Of a stretch of 64,000 nt of DNA, positions 19,054 through 28,250 are shown in pieces. The notes beneath the pieces are model-generated. The model was not told the origin of the DNA, did not search any database, and worked only from the letters and a program-made list of their open reading frames with translations. The DNA is from Ostreococcus lucimarinus. Lineage: Eukaryota. The translations under genes were made by a program, and so were the position numbers. Each line of letters starts with the position of its first letter. The first letter of the stretch is position 1. The stretch is taken from the NCBI GenBank assembly GCA_000092065.1, contig CP000582.1; one strand, 5' to 3'.

Positions 19054-21447
19054 ATGCGCGACGCCCGCGCGGAGGCACCGCGTCGTGGGAAAGATTTGAA
19101 ATTCGAATCGGCGTCGCGTCGAACGAGGGCGAGGGCGTCGCGCGAAGCGTTCTCGCCCGGGTCGAGCGCGTGCGCGTCCGAGCGTGGAAGTTTCGCGACG
19201 ACGACGACGGTCGAGAGCGCGTCGCGACGCGATGCGCGGGAATACACGCCGCCGCCGTTGACGGCGGAGGAGATCGCAGAGATGAACGAAGCCGTATCTG
19301 AGCTCGTCGTCGAGAGCTCCATCCCGTTCGCGTGGACGAGCTCGCCGGCGTTCTTCCGGTTCATGCACGCGCTTAGGCCTGAACTCTTCAGCGCCGCGGA
19401 GCGCGCGCGCATCGAAAGCGGCGCGGAGCTCGTCGACCAGCCCGAGAACCTTCGATGTCGCCGTTGGCACTCGACAGCCGGCGTCGACGGGTTGTACGAG
19501 AAACGTATGAAACGCGCCCTCCGTGCGCTTGAAGACTGGGAGGAGTTGGCGTTATCGGCGGATGGTTGGCAATCTGAAGATGGCGTGAAAGTACTAAACT
19601 TGTCCATAACGGTGAGAGAAACTGGTCGCGAGTACTACTGGAAGAGCGTCGAAATAGAAACGGAGTCAGAAAGCGCAGTGTTCATGCAACAGACCGCCGC
19701 GCAAGTGATGAAAGACCTCCCACTGAAGAAGTTCAAATGCATCATTGGGGACAACACCTCGCATGTCGTCAGCTTCTTGGAAGCTATCGCGGCTACTCCA
19801 GAGACATCTCACATTACTCCGATTGGTTGCTATGCACATCGTTTCAACTTGCTGGCTGGAGACGTCCACGAGACGTTCAAATTCTTATTTCTGGATCTAG
19901 AGCGGGCCATCAACAAGCTCCGTGTTCAGTCTCGAATGCGCGCGCTTTTCGACGCGGCGCGTAAAGAGAAGAATAGTAAGAAACAACTTGAGACGTACTG
20001 CCCAACGCGATGGGCGTCCGCGCATGCATGTCTACACAGCTACGTACTGAATATCGACGTGTTCAGATTTTTGGACGAAGACGACGGTGTGATCGCAAAA
20101 AATTTCCGTAAAATGTGTGAAAAAGACTCGGAATCAATCTTTAAAGTATTCTTTGACCGGGATTCGCAGATGGCAGTCCGTAGGTTAGAGCCCTTGTTCC
20201 GAGGTTTGGCGGCGGCAAACAAGTTTATGGAAGCTACTGGCGCTCATCTTGCGGAAGTCTTCCCGCTGTGCTGGGCACTAGAAAAAGACTTGAGACAGTG
20301 GCTCGCGAACGTGAAAACGAGTGCTCAACAGTCATGGATTGAACGTGCGACGCGCCAGTCATGGATTGAACGTGCGACGCGCCAGCCGACACGCGATGGA
20401 CTCACGACGCCTGAGCAATTATCAGACGTACTTCACCGAGTTTACAAAGTGCGATTCGAAGGACTGGAGGCACAGCCAGGTAACCCAAGCACGAAGCGCA
20501 CGCCGTTGCGAGACGAACCCCTCGTACATCTTGCATCATATTTGAGTTACATGATGCATGCGAGAATGCGTATCAAACATCAGTTCGTCGTGCCGGAAGT
20601 ATATGAAGCGAAAAAAGGTATCGGAAAGATTCATTTCCACTTGGAGGAAAAGAAAGCAGACGTGGAAGCAGCCAAAACGGCATTAGAAAAACTGAACGCG
20701 GTCACCTGTCCGAAAGCGGCACGACCCTACCGCGACGACTATCGCGTTCGCTTCATCGAGAATGACGCGTACATCCAAGCTTGCGCCGACAAAACGTTTG
20801 TGGACGTTACACTGGAGCAGCTTGAGTACATCAGGGCACACAACTGGTGGCGCAACTTCTTGGAGCCAGAATGCGTGCAAACCTGGCCTGCATGGAAAGA
20901 TCTAATTCCTTTCGCACGTCGTATAAACGCGATTGTTCCACATAGTGCGTCTGTTGAACGCATGAACTCGTCTCAGAAACTTGTGCACAACAAGAGGCTC
21001 AGCTTGAGCCACGCGAATGTCCAGAAGTTGTCTTTCATTTACTTCAATGCTAGGCATGAGCGCCGGTTATTCGCGAGTCCCTTTCATCGTTTGGTATCAG
21101 AGACATACGACGCAGCAGAAAGTCAAGTAGCCGCGAGTCCTGTGGTAGTTGTGGACAGCGACAGTGATGATGGAGTTGGTGAAGATGAAATCCTCTCGTC
21201 AGATGACGACGACTTAGACGAGTACTTAAAAGAGGTAGACGAGCTCGTCATGTCGCCACACGCAAACGTTTCGAATGGAACGGAAATGACAAGTTTAGGC
21301 AACCTCGATGAAACCGTGCCGGTACAGGATGATGTCTCGCATCCCACTCGGAACAAGGCAAAGGAAACTTTTGCACAGAAGACAGCTCGCAAGGCATTAG
21401 AGCGTCAAGAGAAGAAGAGACGTAGTAAGAGTAGAAGATTGCAATAG
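19054..21447 (+). CDS. hAT-family transposase (Ac/Tam3-like), apparently intact
   Basis: ORF open from 18856; in-frame ATGs at 19054 and 19282. hAT blocks are present: DGWQSEDG, CYAHRFNLL, PTRWAS, and the C-terminal hAT dimerisation domain WRNFLEPE...WKDLIPFARRINAIVPHSASVERMNSSQKLVHNKRLSLSHANVQKLSFIYFN. No BED finger seen. Confidence 0.8.
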   Translation: MRDARAEAPRRGKDLKFESASRRTRARASREAFSPGSSACASERGSFATTTTVESASRRDAREYTPPPLTAEEIAEMNEAVSELVVESSIPFAWTSSPAFFRFMHALRPELFSAAERARIESGAELVDQPENLRCRRWHSTAGVDGLYEKRMKRALRALEDWEELALSADGWQSEDGVKVLNLSITVRETGREYYWKSVEIETESESAVFMQQTAAQVMKDLPLKKFKCIIGDNTSHVVSFLEAIAATPETSHITPIGCYAHRFNLLAGDVHETFKFLFLDLERAINKLRVQSRMRALFDAARKEKNSKKQLETYCPTRWASAHACLHSYVLNIDVFRFLDEDDGVIAKNFRKMCEKDSESIFKVFFDRDSQMAVRRLEPLFRGLAAANKFMEATGAHLAEVFPLCWALEKDLRQWLANVKTSAQQSWIERATRQSWIERATRQPTRDGLTTPEQLSDVLHRVYKVRFEGLEAQPGNPSTKRTPLRDEPLVHLASYLSYMMHARMRIKHQFVVPEVYEAKKGIGKIHFHLEEKKADVEAAKTALEKLNAVTCPKAARPYRDDYRVRFIENDAYIQACADKTFVDVTLEQLEYIRAHNWWRNFLEPECVQTWPAWKDLIPFARRINAIVPHSASVERMNSSQKLVHNKRLSLSHANVQKLSFIYFNARHERRLFASPFHRLVSETYDAAESQVAASPVVVVDSDSDDGVGEDEILSSDDDDLDEYLKEVDELVMSPHANVSNGTEMTSLGNLDETVPVQDDVSHPTRNKAKETFAQKTARKALERQEKKRRSKSRRLQ
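20330..20383 (+). repeat. perfect 27-bp tandem duplication inside the transposase ORF (encodes QSWIERATR twice)
   Basis: The unit agtcatggattgaacgtgcgacgcgcc occurs twice consecutively. Confidence 0.9.
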
Positions 21448-21510
21448 ATAGACTAGCGCGCGACGTGAGTCGGTTTTCGCGCGGTTCTCGTCGATTCGCC
21501 ACCGTCGTGC

Positions 21511-21560
21511 CAGCTCGTACCAGCTCGTATCAGTTCGTATCATCTCGTATCAGCTGCGAT
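21511..21560. repeat. 5 x 10-bp imperfect tandem repeat (cagctcgtac/cagctcgtat/cagttcgtat/catctcgtat/cagctgcgat) followed by (gac)n
   Basis: Direct reading; located 64 bp after the transposase stop. Confidence 0.85.
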
Positions 21561-21639
21561 GACGACGACGACGACGACGAATGCGTACGGGTCGCGCGCG
21601 CGCGAAAGCTGCTCGATCGATCGCTCGATTATTACGATA

Positions 21640-22701
21640 TCACTCGTCGGGATGCGGGACGATGAAAGCGGCGGCGTCGGTGCGAACGTCGGCGTCGCGC
21701 GAACCGCGGCGACGGGACTCGGCGGCGGCGCGCGAGGGCGACGGCGAGGGCGAAGACGCGGGCGAAGCGACGAGCTCGCCGACGATGACGTCTCGCGGAG
21801 AATCGCCGAGGGCGTCGGGGTGAGGGTCGGTGGAGGCGGTGGTGACGGCGCGGGAGGGTCGCTTGCGACGGGCGTCGCGGCGCGCGCGTCTGAGAGCCGT
21901 CGCGAGGGACTCGCCGAGCGGCGCGCGCGAGTTTTCGGCGTCGGCGACGACGACGGGTAATCTCGGTAAACCTCGCGCCTCGATCGCGCTCACGATGACG
22001 GCGACTTCGCCGAGATCTAAACCGCTGAAAATTACCGCGCGCTGACTGCCGTACTCACCGCCGCGAGCGAGAGCCGCGTCGCGCGGCGATTCCCAGTCCG
22101 GTTCTCGCGTTCGAGCCACCTCTTCTAAAGTCATCCACGCGTGCTCGCTCCGCGCGGGGATCACGGGTACGTCGTAACCACCGAGTTCGTCCACCAGCAC
22201 GCGCACTCGAGGCCACTCTTCGGCGCGGAAACCGACGAGGATGACCGCCGGCGGTCCGCTCGGCGTCGACGCGGCCGCGTCGGCGACCGTCTTCGCCGTC
22301 GCGCGCGCGGTGATGCCCAATATCTCAGCCTCTCTCTCCTCGCTTAAATCACCGTGCGACGTTTCAGGTTCGTACTCCCACTCGTCGTCTTTTTTTGCGA
22401 CCGACGCCGCGTTCGTCGTCGCCGCGTCCCGCTCGGGCGCCGCGGCGTCTTCGACCCCTTGCGCGTCTCGCGCCTCACCCGCGCGCCGTTCGTCCTCCAT
22501 CGCCGCGTCCATCATCTTTTGCAACCACGGGTCATCGCCGCCGTCACCGTCGCGCGTCTCGCTCGCACCGCGCCGCGTCCTTTCGCGTCGTCGTCGTCCA
22601 CTCGCGACGCTGACGCGGCGGCGGCGAAAAGCAACCGCCGAAGACGCCGACGTCGACGTCGTCGCGCGACAGCGCGCCGCCGCGCCCGTCGCGGGCGCCA
22701 T
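21640..22701 (-). CDS. hypothetical protein (possibly DUF3783-like), acidic N-terminus
   Basis: ATG at 22701; 353 aa. The region PAVILVGFRAEEWPRVRVLVDELGGYDVPVIP ... SGLDLGEVAVIVSAIEARGLPRLPVVVADAE looks like a conserved small-domain protein. The family assignment is tentative. Confidence 0.4.
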   Translation of the reverse strand: MAPATGAAARCRATTSTSASSAVAFRRRRVSVASGRRRRERTRRGASETRDGDGGDDPWLQKMMDAAMEDERRAGEARDAQGVEDAAAPERDAATTNAASVAKKDDEWEYEPETSHGDLSEEREAEILGITARATAKTVADAAASTPSGPPAVILVGFRAEEWPRVRVLVDELGGYDVPVIPARSEHAWMTLEEVARTREPDWESPRDAALARGGEYGSQRAVIFSGLDLGEVAVIVSAIEARGLPRLPVVVADAENSRAPLGESLATALRRARRDARRKRPSRAVTTASTDPHPDALGDSPRDVIVGELVASPASSPSPSPSRAAAESRRRGSRDADVRTDAAAFIVPHPDE

Positions 22702-22958
22702 CGGTTTTGTTTCGTTTCGTTCGCTTTCGTTTCGTTTGACTCGGTGATGCGACGCGCGAGGAGTGAAGTGAAGCGAAGGGCGGTTGAATTCTGGTTTGTT
22801 TTGGTTCGTCGCGCCGCGCCGCGACGCTTGGGCGCCGTTGGTAATGTATTCGTTCGTAAAATACGCACCGTAGGCGTCGTCTAGGTGTGGATTCGTCGGT
22901 GATGTCGAGCGCGTGCCGCCGTCATCGCGCTAAAGCGTTTATTCAATCGCCGGTTCGC

Positions 22959-24038
22959 TCACGCGCGCCCGCCGTCGCGCATCGTGCCCACGCACACGCG
23001 AAGGGCAAACTCTAACATGCGGATCGGGATGAGAAAGACGCTGATCGGAAACGGAAGCTTGAAGCCGTACATGATTTGCGACCAAAATCCCGTCATCGCG
23101 AGGACGAAGATGGCGAAATTGAAAACCGTTCCTTTTTCATCGATGACGTTTGGTCCGAGGTACTTGTGGCGGACGAGATACGTCAACAGCCCACGAGCAA
23201 AGAGTTGTGCGCCACGCGTTGCAGAGTGATACGCGGTGATGGCCTGCTGAACTAACCACGCCGCGATGACACCTATGACTTTACAGGCATATCTCACGCC
23301 AGGTCCAACCCATTTCTGATACTCCTTGGGCGTGCTCATCATCAACACGGGGGTGAGATTTTCATCGACGATGTTGTGCACGATGTCACCAACAGCGACA
23401 CCAAGAGAGACACACGCCGCGAAATGCACGCGTAATGTAGCCACGACGGCCACGAACCCCATGTAGATCGCACCCAGAGCATCTCCAACCTGTTCAGGAT
23501 CCATACTCTTGGCGACGACGCCAATCTTTCGAACCACCAACGCCTTCTTCGTAATCTCTTGCGTATCCGGAATGCCGTTGTGGTCTTCATCTAGCTCATC
23601 GTCCTTCAAGCTCGCGCGCTGCGCAGCTTCGATATTGCGCCATATTATCACCAAAGCGTCTCGAGTGTTCGCGTAGCCGGTGATTCTGTACGCCTCCACC
23701 GCCGCCGTGATCGTGGCAAAGTATCCGCCAAAGAAGCACAGGATGAATCCAACGATCGCCGGTCCAAACTCTTGCGGGTGGTACGGTTGCAGCGCGAGCC
23801 AGGTTTTCCGACAAAACTCAAACGTGGCCACGGCGTAGGGTTCAGATTGCGCCGCCAAACGGCTCGCGGCGACGAGGGCGGGGCCGGCTTTATCTAATAC
23901 CGTTGGGAGCGTCGTCAAGCCCGCGGTGACGACGGACGGCGACGGCGCCGACTGGGCGACGACGTGTTTCACCGGCGGCGCCGAAGGCGGTGATTTCGTC
24001 GCCTTGTTGGATTTCAATTTACGCGAAAACACGGACAT
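22959..24038 (-). CDS. hypothetical polytopic membrane protein
   Basis: ATG at 24038; 359 aa with at least 6 hydrophobic helices (IVGFILCFFGGYFATITAAV, IYMGFVAVVATLRVHFAACV, VIGVIAAWLVQQAI, FNFAIFVLAMTGFW, ISVFLIPIRMLEF). GC about 52%. No family recognised. Confidence 0.5.
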   Translation of the reverse strand: MSVFSRKLKSNKATKSPPSAPPVKHVVAQSAPSPSVVTAGLTTLPTVLDKAGPALVAASRLAAQSEPYAVATFEFCRKTWLALQPYHPQEFGPAIVGFILCFFGGYFATITAAVEAYRITGYANTRDALVIIWRNIEAAQRASLKDDELDEDHNGIPDTQEITKKALVVRKIGVVAKSMDPEQVGDALGAIYMGFVAVVATLRVHFAACVSLGVAVGDIVHNIVDENLTPVLMMSTPKEYQKWVGPGVRYACKVIGVIAAWLVQQAITAYHSATRGAQLFARGLLTYLVRHKYLGPNVIDEKGTVFNFAIFVLAMTGFWSQIMYGFKLPFPISVFLIPIRMLEFALRVCVGTMRDGGRA

Positions 24039-24206
24039 CGGTCGCGCGCTCGAGGGCGCAGGCGAGAAGTGCGGAGTGCCTTTCGAGGCGCGCGACGGAT
24101 GTTGCGACTAGAATTACAATACTACAACATGCGCACATGCTTTCGCTACGCGACACGTGCACGGCGGGCTAAAGGACAGTGACTCGAGTCAGGCGCTTCT
24201 TTCGCT

Positions 24207-25142
24207 TCATAGTTTCTCTCCGATCAACTTTTTAAGCAAAACGCGTCTTGCTCCGAGTACCCCGCCGAGTCCGTACCACCACGGATCTTCGCCACAGGCG
24301 ACGTATCCCCGGCGCTCATACATCTCGCGTGCGCGCTGATTATCGACATCAACATGAAGCCAAAGATGGGTGTATCCCCAAAGCCGCGACGCACGTTCGC
24401 ACTTCACCAACATCGAGCTCGCGACGCCTCGTCCGCGCGCGTCGGCTTTGACGGCGACGTTACTGACGTACGGAACACGTGGTTTTGTCGTCGGAAATGG
24501 CTCCGGAAATAAAGCTTCTGGTGAACACACGCGAAGGCTTGCGCTTCCTACCCAACGAGACTCATCATCGGCGACGGCTTCGTCCAGGCGCGAGATCAGC
24601 GTCAAGCACTGCGCCTTTTGTCTCGCGCGAAGCGCTCGCGCGTCGTTTTTCGCGTATTCATCGCCGAGTTTCTTCATTTCACGAATTTCACGACTCGCCT
24701 TCTTCCGTTCTTCAATCTGGTGCGTCGTCATGTGCTTCAACTCCTTCGCGATCGAGCGCGCGTACGCGTCGTCCAACATTTTCTTCACCGCCTCCGCCGC
24801 GTCGTCCAGCGCGTCGCCGCGACGCTCGGACTTTTCCTCGACTCGCGTTTCGTACGCGAACGCGTCCCCGCAGACTTTCGCCGCCGCCGCCGCGTGCGCC
24901 GCCGTCGTCGCCACGCGCACGTGCACGCGCGCGCCGCGCGCCGCGCTACCGCCCGCGTCGTCGGCGGCGCGCGTGGACGTCGGCGAAGCGTCGTCGACGT
25001 CCGGCGCGGACCGCGTCAGCACGCGCGCGCGCGTCACCGAGGACGACGCGCGGGGAGTCGAGCGGCGCGACGGCAACGACGACGACGCGCGCGCGGTGGG
25101 ACAGGACGCACGCGCGCGCAGAGCGATTACAGCGGGCGTCAT
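24207..25142 (-). CDS. GNAT-family N-acetyltransferase with N-terminal organellar transit peptide
   Basis: ORF start 25208 is TTG; the first ATG is at 25142 (MTPAVIALRARASCPTARASSSLPSRRSTPRASSS...). GNAT motif A is present in the C-terminus (YVSNVAVKADARGRGVASSMLVKCERASRLWGYTHLWLHVDVDNQRAREMYERRGYV). Confidence 0.6.
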   Translation of the reverse strand: MTPAVIALRARASCPTARASSSLPSRRSTPRASSSVTRARVLTRSAPDVDDASPTSTRAADDAGGSAARGARVHVRVATTAAHAAAAAKVCGDAFAYETRVEEKSERRGDALDDAAEAVKKMLDDAYARSIAKELKHMTTHQIEERKKASREIREMKKLGDEYAKNDARALRARQKAQCLTLISRLDEAVADDESRWVGSASLRVCSPEALFPEPFPTTKPRVPYVSNVAVKADARGRGVASSMLVKCERASRLWGYTHLWLHVDVDNQRAREMYERRGYVACGEDPWWYGLGGVLGARRVLLKKLIGEKL

Positions 25143-25357
25143 AGCTTCTCGCAGGCCGCGGACGAGTGGCGCTGGAATGATCGCATCAACCCCGCTTGAG
25201 GCAAACAAACAAGGACTGAAGGAGACAAGACTTCGCTCAGCTCAGGAGGACGTTGTAAATAAGCTCTGTGCTTGCTCTTTTTCTAATGAACGGTGAATTC
25301 GACGATGATTTCAAAGACGGTTTAACTTGAATATTTCAAGGGTGTCGTACGTGATAC

Positions 25358-27324
25358 TTAAAATCGCTCACCGAATCGAACATATGTGGAGGCCGTGCCG
25401 CTGTTGTTATCAATGCACCACTCCGCTCGCACCGGCCCCAGTTTGATACCAACACCGTGAGTTGATCCTTTACCAGCTCTTCGATAAAACTCCGTTGGGT
25501 TACCTGATAACGCTGAACTTGACGATAAGTCGGAGCATTGCTCCCAAAATAAGAAGCCGTGTGTTTTCAATACAGGAACAGGGAGGCGTATCTCAACTGC
25601 AGTCTCGAGAAGAGAGCGTGCGGCGCCAAGTTCACCCACGGTGTATCCTCTACAAGAGTGCGGGCCACCCAAAGCAAAAGCATCGTAAGCTGCGCAATTC
25701 CCAAGAATGTGACCTGCTCGAGTGTGCAAGACAACAACAGGAGGAGGAAGAGAATTTTTCTTGTTTTCTGGCAGCAACTGAACAAATCGTGTTAATTCGA
25801 CTTTGGAACGGTTGAATATCGGTCGTTTTGGCCAAAACGGAATCGACTGATCGATCTGAAATATATCTCGGGCGCCGACTTGCGTACCGTTTACAAACGT
25901 CGTCGTGTCTCTGGTGACATTACCCTGAAGGAACATGACTCGATCTGTACCTGTGTCAGATAACGTAGTTCGAGGACCATCAAGCGACAGAGAACCATTT
26001 GGGAGTTGTTTTGCGCCAGACGCACATACCGCTCCCGAATCATCACGCGTTGTCACTTCTTCTAATACCATACCAAGTGAGCACTTCGACTGCTTTGTAA
26101 AGTTCTGGCAAACCGTCGCCTTGATACCTGCTCTATCGACCCAAATGCCGGGAACATCTTGAATCAGAGGCCCTCCGGTGAAGACCGGGGACAGTTTCCG
26201 CGAATTGAAAGCCGCAGCTTTGAAAGATGTCTTATCGCTATCAGCGTCGCCTTTGCAGTACGGGTGGTTGTACTCCAGTTTGAACCCCAGATCTTCCTGT
26301 GGTTCAAGGAAGTTGGCTGTTGAAATCGACCCAAAAAGTTGACGTCCCCAGCTATCCAGATTCCTGTGTTCAAAGAACACAGAACCACCTGGACGCGCCG
26401 AAACAAGATCTGGACGACCATTTTCACCTGGTGCGATACTCCATTCAAGTTCAGTCTCCGCTGTCTTCGTTGGTCTTTCGCGAAGTAGTATATCAACTTC
26501 AATTTTGGATGGATCGCGCTCATCAGGTCTCGGTACAACTTGGACGTTGTCAAACAACTGCAGTAGGAAAATATCACGCAATGCCGTCTTCGCGTCTTCG
26601 ACGTTATAGAGTTTTCCAACTTTAAAATTATGTTCCCTCTGAATCACACGCGGATGAGTCACTCCCTTGTTGCCAGGCATTGGCTGGAGATTCTCGTCTA
26701 CAAAGACCGCTTGGACTCGTGTGATTTCTCCCTCGACGACGTGTGCTATGACCTCACCATTTTCCATTCCATCGAAGTGTGATATCGTACCGAATGTGAG
26801 GCCCTTGCTGGTGTAGTAACCCTCTACGATATTTTTTGCTGTCGCCAACACGCGGACTGTACAGTTTTGACTTTTCCGAGCAGCTTTCAAAACCTCTTGT
26901 TCGACATCTTTTGGAAGTGCAGTCGACCCAGCAACTCTAAACGATTGTACCTGCGGCCAGATCTTTTCTCGAAAAACAAACTCAACTGCGTAACCATCCT
27001 GTTTGGGCGTGACATTGGCGTCAACGTTTGCGAAGAGACCTGTGTTAAGAAGCTGTTCAAGATCATCAGAGAGATCTTTCTTCGAAAGTTCCGCGCCCTT
27101 CCGCGCATTGAGACCCTGAAATAATTCGGACTGTATTGAAAGGAGTTAGTAATAAGTTAAATATTCATGCCGCCTTCCTTACCTTCGTCGGAATACCTGG
27201 ACCGGTCGGAAGATTCGTCGCGAGGACTGATTCACAAATGAAATTATCCCTGTTCTTGGGCTTGTTTGCGGCACGGGCAGTATTTGTGGAGGATTCGTCG
27301 TCGCTGTCGTCGTCGTCATCATCT

Positions 27325-27362
<38 letters not shown>

Positions 27363-27812
27363 GTATTCAACATCGTCGTCGTCAACACTGAGCTCGCCTT
27401 CTCCACCGGAAGCTCGAGCGTCAGCGATAGGAATCGCGGTCAGAAGGTAAATGTTGCTACCACTGTGGCCACTCGAATCGTCAGAGTCCCAACCGTCACC
27501 ACTACCGTCGTTGCCATTCCCGATGCCGGAGCCATGATTTCCACTACCTCCACTTCCAACCTCTGGTTCCTCAGTCACAGAGCTGCAAGCTGTTCCTTGT
27601 TTATGTTTGCTCCTGAGGGTTACACGAAACAAAGAGCGCGACGGTGTGTTGCGCGTGGGCGAAAAAGACCAGTTGGTGCCGGAAGCTCGACGGCTAAATT
27701 TTCCACCCGATGATGCTACGCTCGACGACGCTTTATGTTTATTGTATCGGTGACTGGGCGCGGCGGACTTGATGAAAGCGGCGCGGGAAGAGACCTCCGC
27801 AAGGACGGACAT
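25358..27812 (-). CDS. TOC75: Toc75/OEP80-family (Omp85) chloroplast outer-envelope beta-barrel protein, two exons: 27812..27183 and 27130..25358, intron 27182..27131
   Basis: Exon 2 (track ORF 25358..26890, listed start is TTG) has POTRA-like segments. It carries the Omp85 barrel with LGGPHSCRGYTVGELG and the C-terminal ...VRFGERF. The frame stays open upstream to 27130 (QGLNARKGAELSKKDLSDDLEQLLNTGLF...). Minus-strand donor acgaag|GTAAGG at 27183/27182 and acceptor tttcaatacAG| at 27131 give a 52-nt intron. This joins in frame to exon 1 (track ORF 27165..27812, ATG 27812). Exon 1 encodes a Ser-rich transit peptide, a poly-Gly tract (GSGGSGNHGSGIGNGNDGSGDG, a Toc75 hallmark) and a ~30-residue poly-Asp tract. 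Confidence 0.8.
27293..27385. repeat. (GTC/GAC)n trinucleotide repeat encoding the poly-Asp tract of Toc75
   Basis: There is a perfect (tcg)~15 run at 27323-27360 and imperfect flanks. Minus-strand reading gives DDDDVEYIDDDDDDDDDDDEDDDDDDSDDE. Confidence 0.9.
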
Positions 27813-28250
27813 GTTCTATCGAAGGCCGCTGTTCTCTATCAAGCGCCAGGGTGTACTTGAATTTTTCGAGAGACTCAAAATGAACCTACTATAAGTGGCG
27901 GCAGCGGACTCAGCCGGTTGAGCACGGCGCGCGAATGACGCCGTGCGCCCTCAAGGGCGAAAGGCTTGAAGCGGAAAGGGTGTCATAATCGACATCGCGC
28001 TTTTCGTATTTAATACGCTTTGAAGACCATACTGGTACCCAAAATAAAAAACTATCATGTAGGTCTCCCCCGAAGGAATAATTTATATCAGACAGATAGA
28101 CTTTAGGCGAATGAAGACAAATTATATGCATTCTTAATCAGTTCATGTTTCGAGTTTACACATAAACTGAGGCGCGCAGCGGCACGGAGCCGTCGACAAC
28201 CGTGCGGCCGCCACTCGCGCGAGGATATCCCATGCACCACAGCTTTCTGA
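27813..28250. promoter_or_regulatory. AT-rich divergent promoter region between Toc75 (minus) and LTV1 (plus)
   Basis: 438 bp at about 42% GC between two head-to-head ATGs. Small minus-strand ORFs here (27910..28131, 28103..28375, 28143..28451) have no protein-like features. Confidence 0.3.

Larger units (their letters stand above)
19000..21560. mobile_element. putative hAT DNA transposon (or recently acquired/domesticated hAT gene); termini not defined
   Basis: Transposase body 19.25-21.45 kb is about 50% GC against about 68% GC flanks. A 5x10-bp subterminal-like tandem repeat lies just downstream at 21511-21560. TIR/TSD could not be identified by eye. Confidence 0.4.

Noticed and set aside
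17607-19607. ORFs 17607..18686+ (359 aa), 18597..19607- (336 aa), 18619..19470-, 18683..19078-
   Set aside because: Extreme Arg/His/Asp low complexity. They are antisense to the well-supported SucB gene or to the transposase N-terminus.
24370-25296. Plus ORFs 24370..25296 (308 aa), 24479..25144, 24618..25199
   Set aside because: Antisense to the GNAT acetyltransferase gene. Low-complexity Ala/Arg/Ser translations.
25358-26890. Taking the listed M at 26890 as the Toc75 start
   Set aside because: The codon is TTG. The frame is open upstream to 27130 and splices to an exon with a genuine ATG at 27812.
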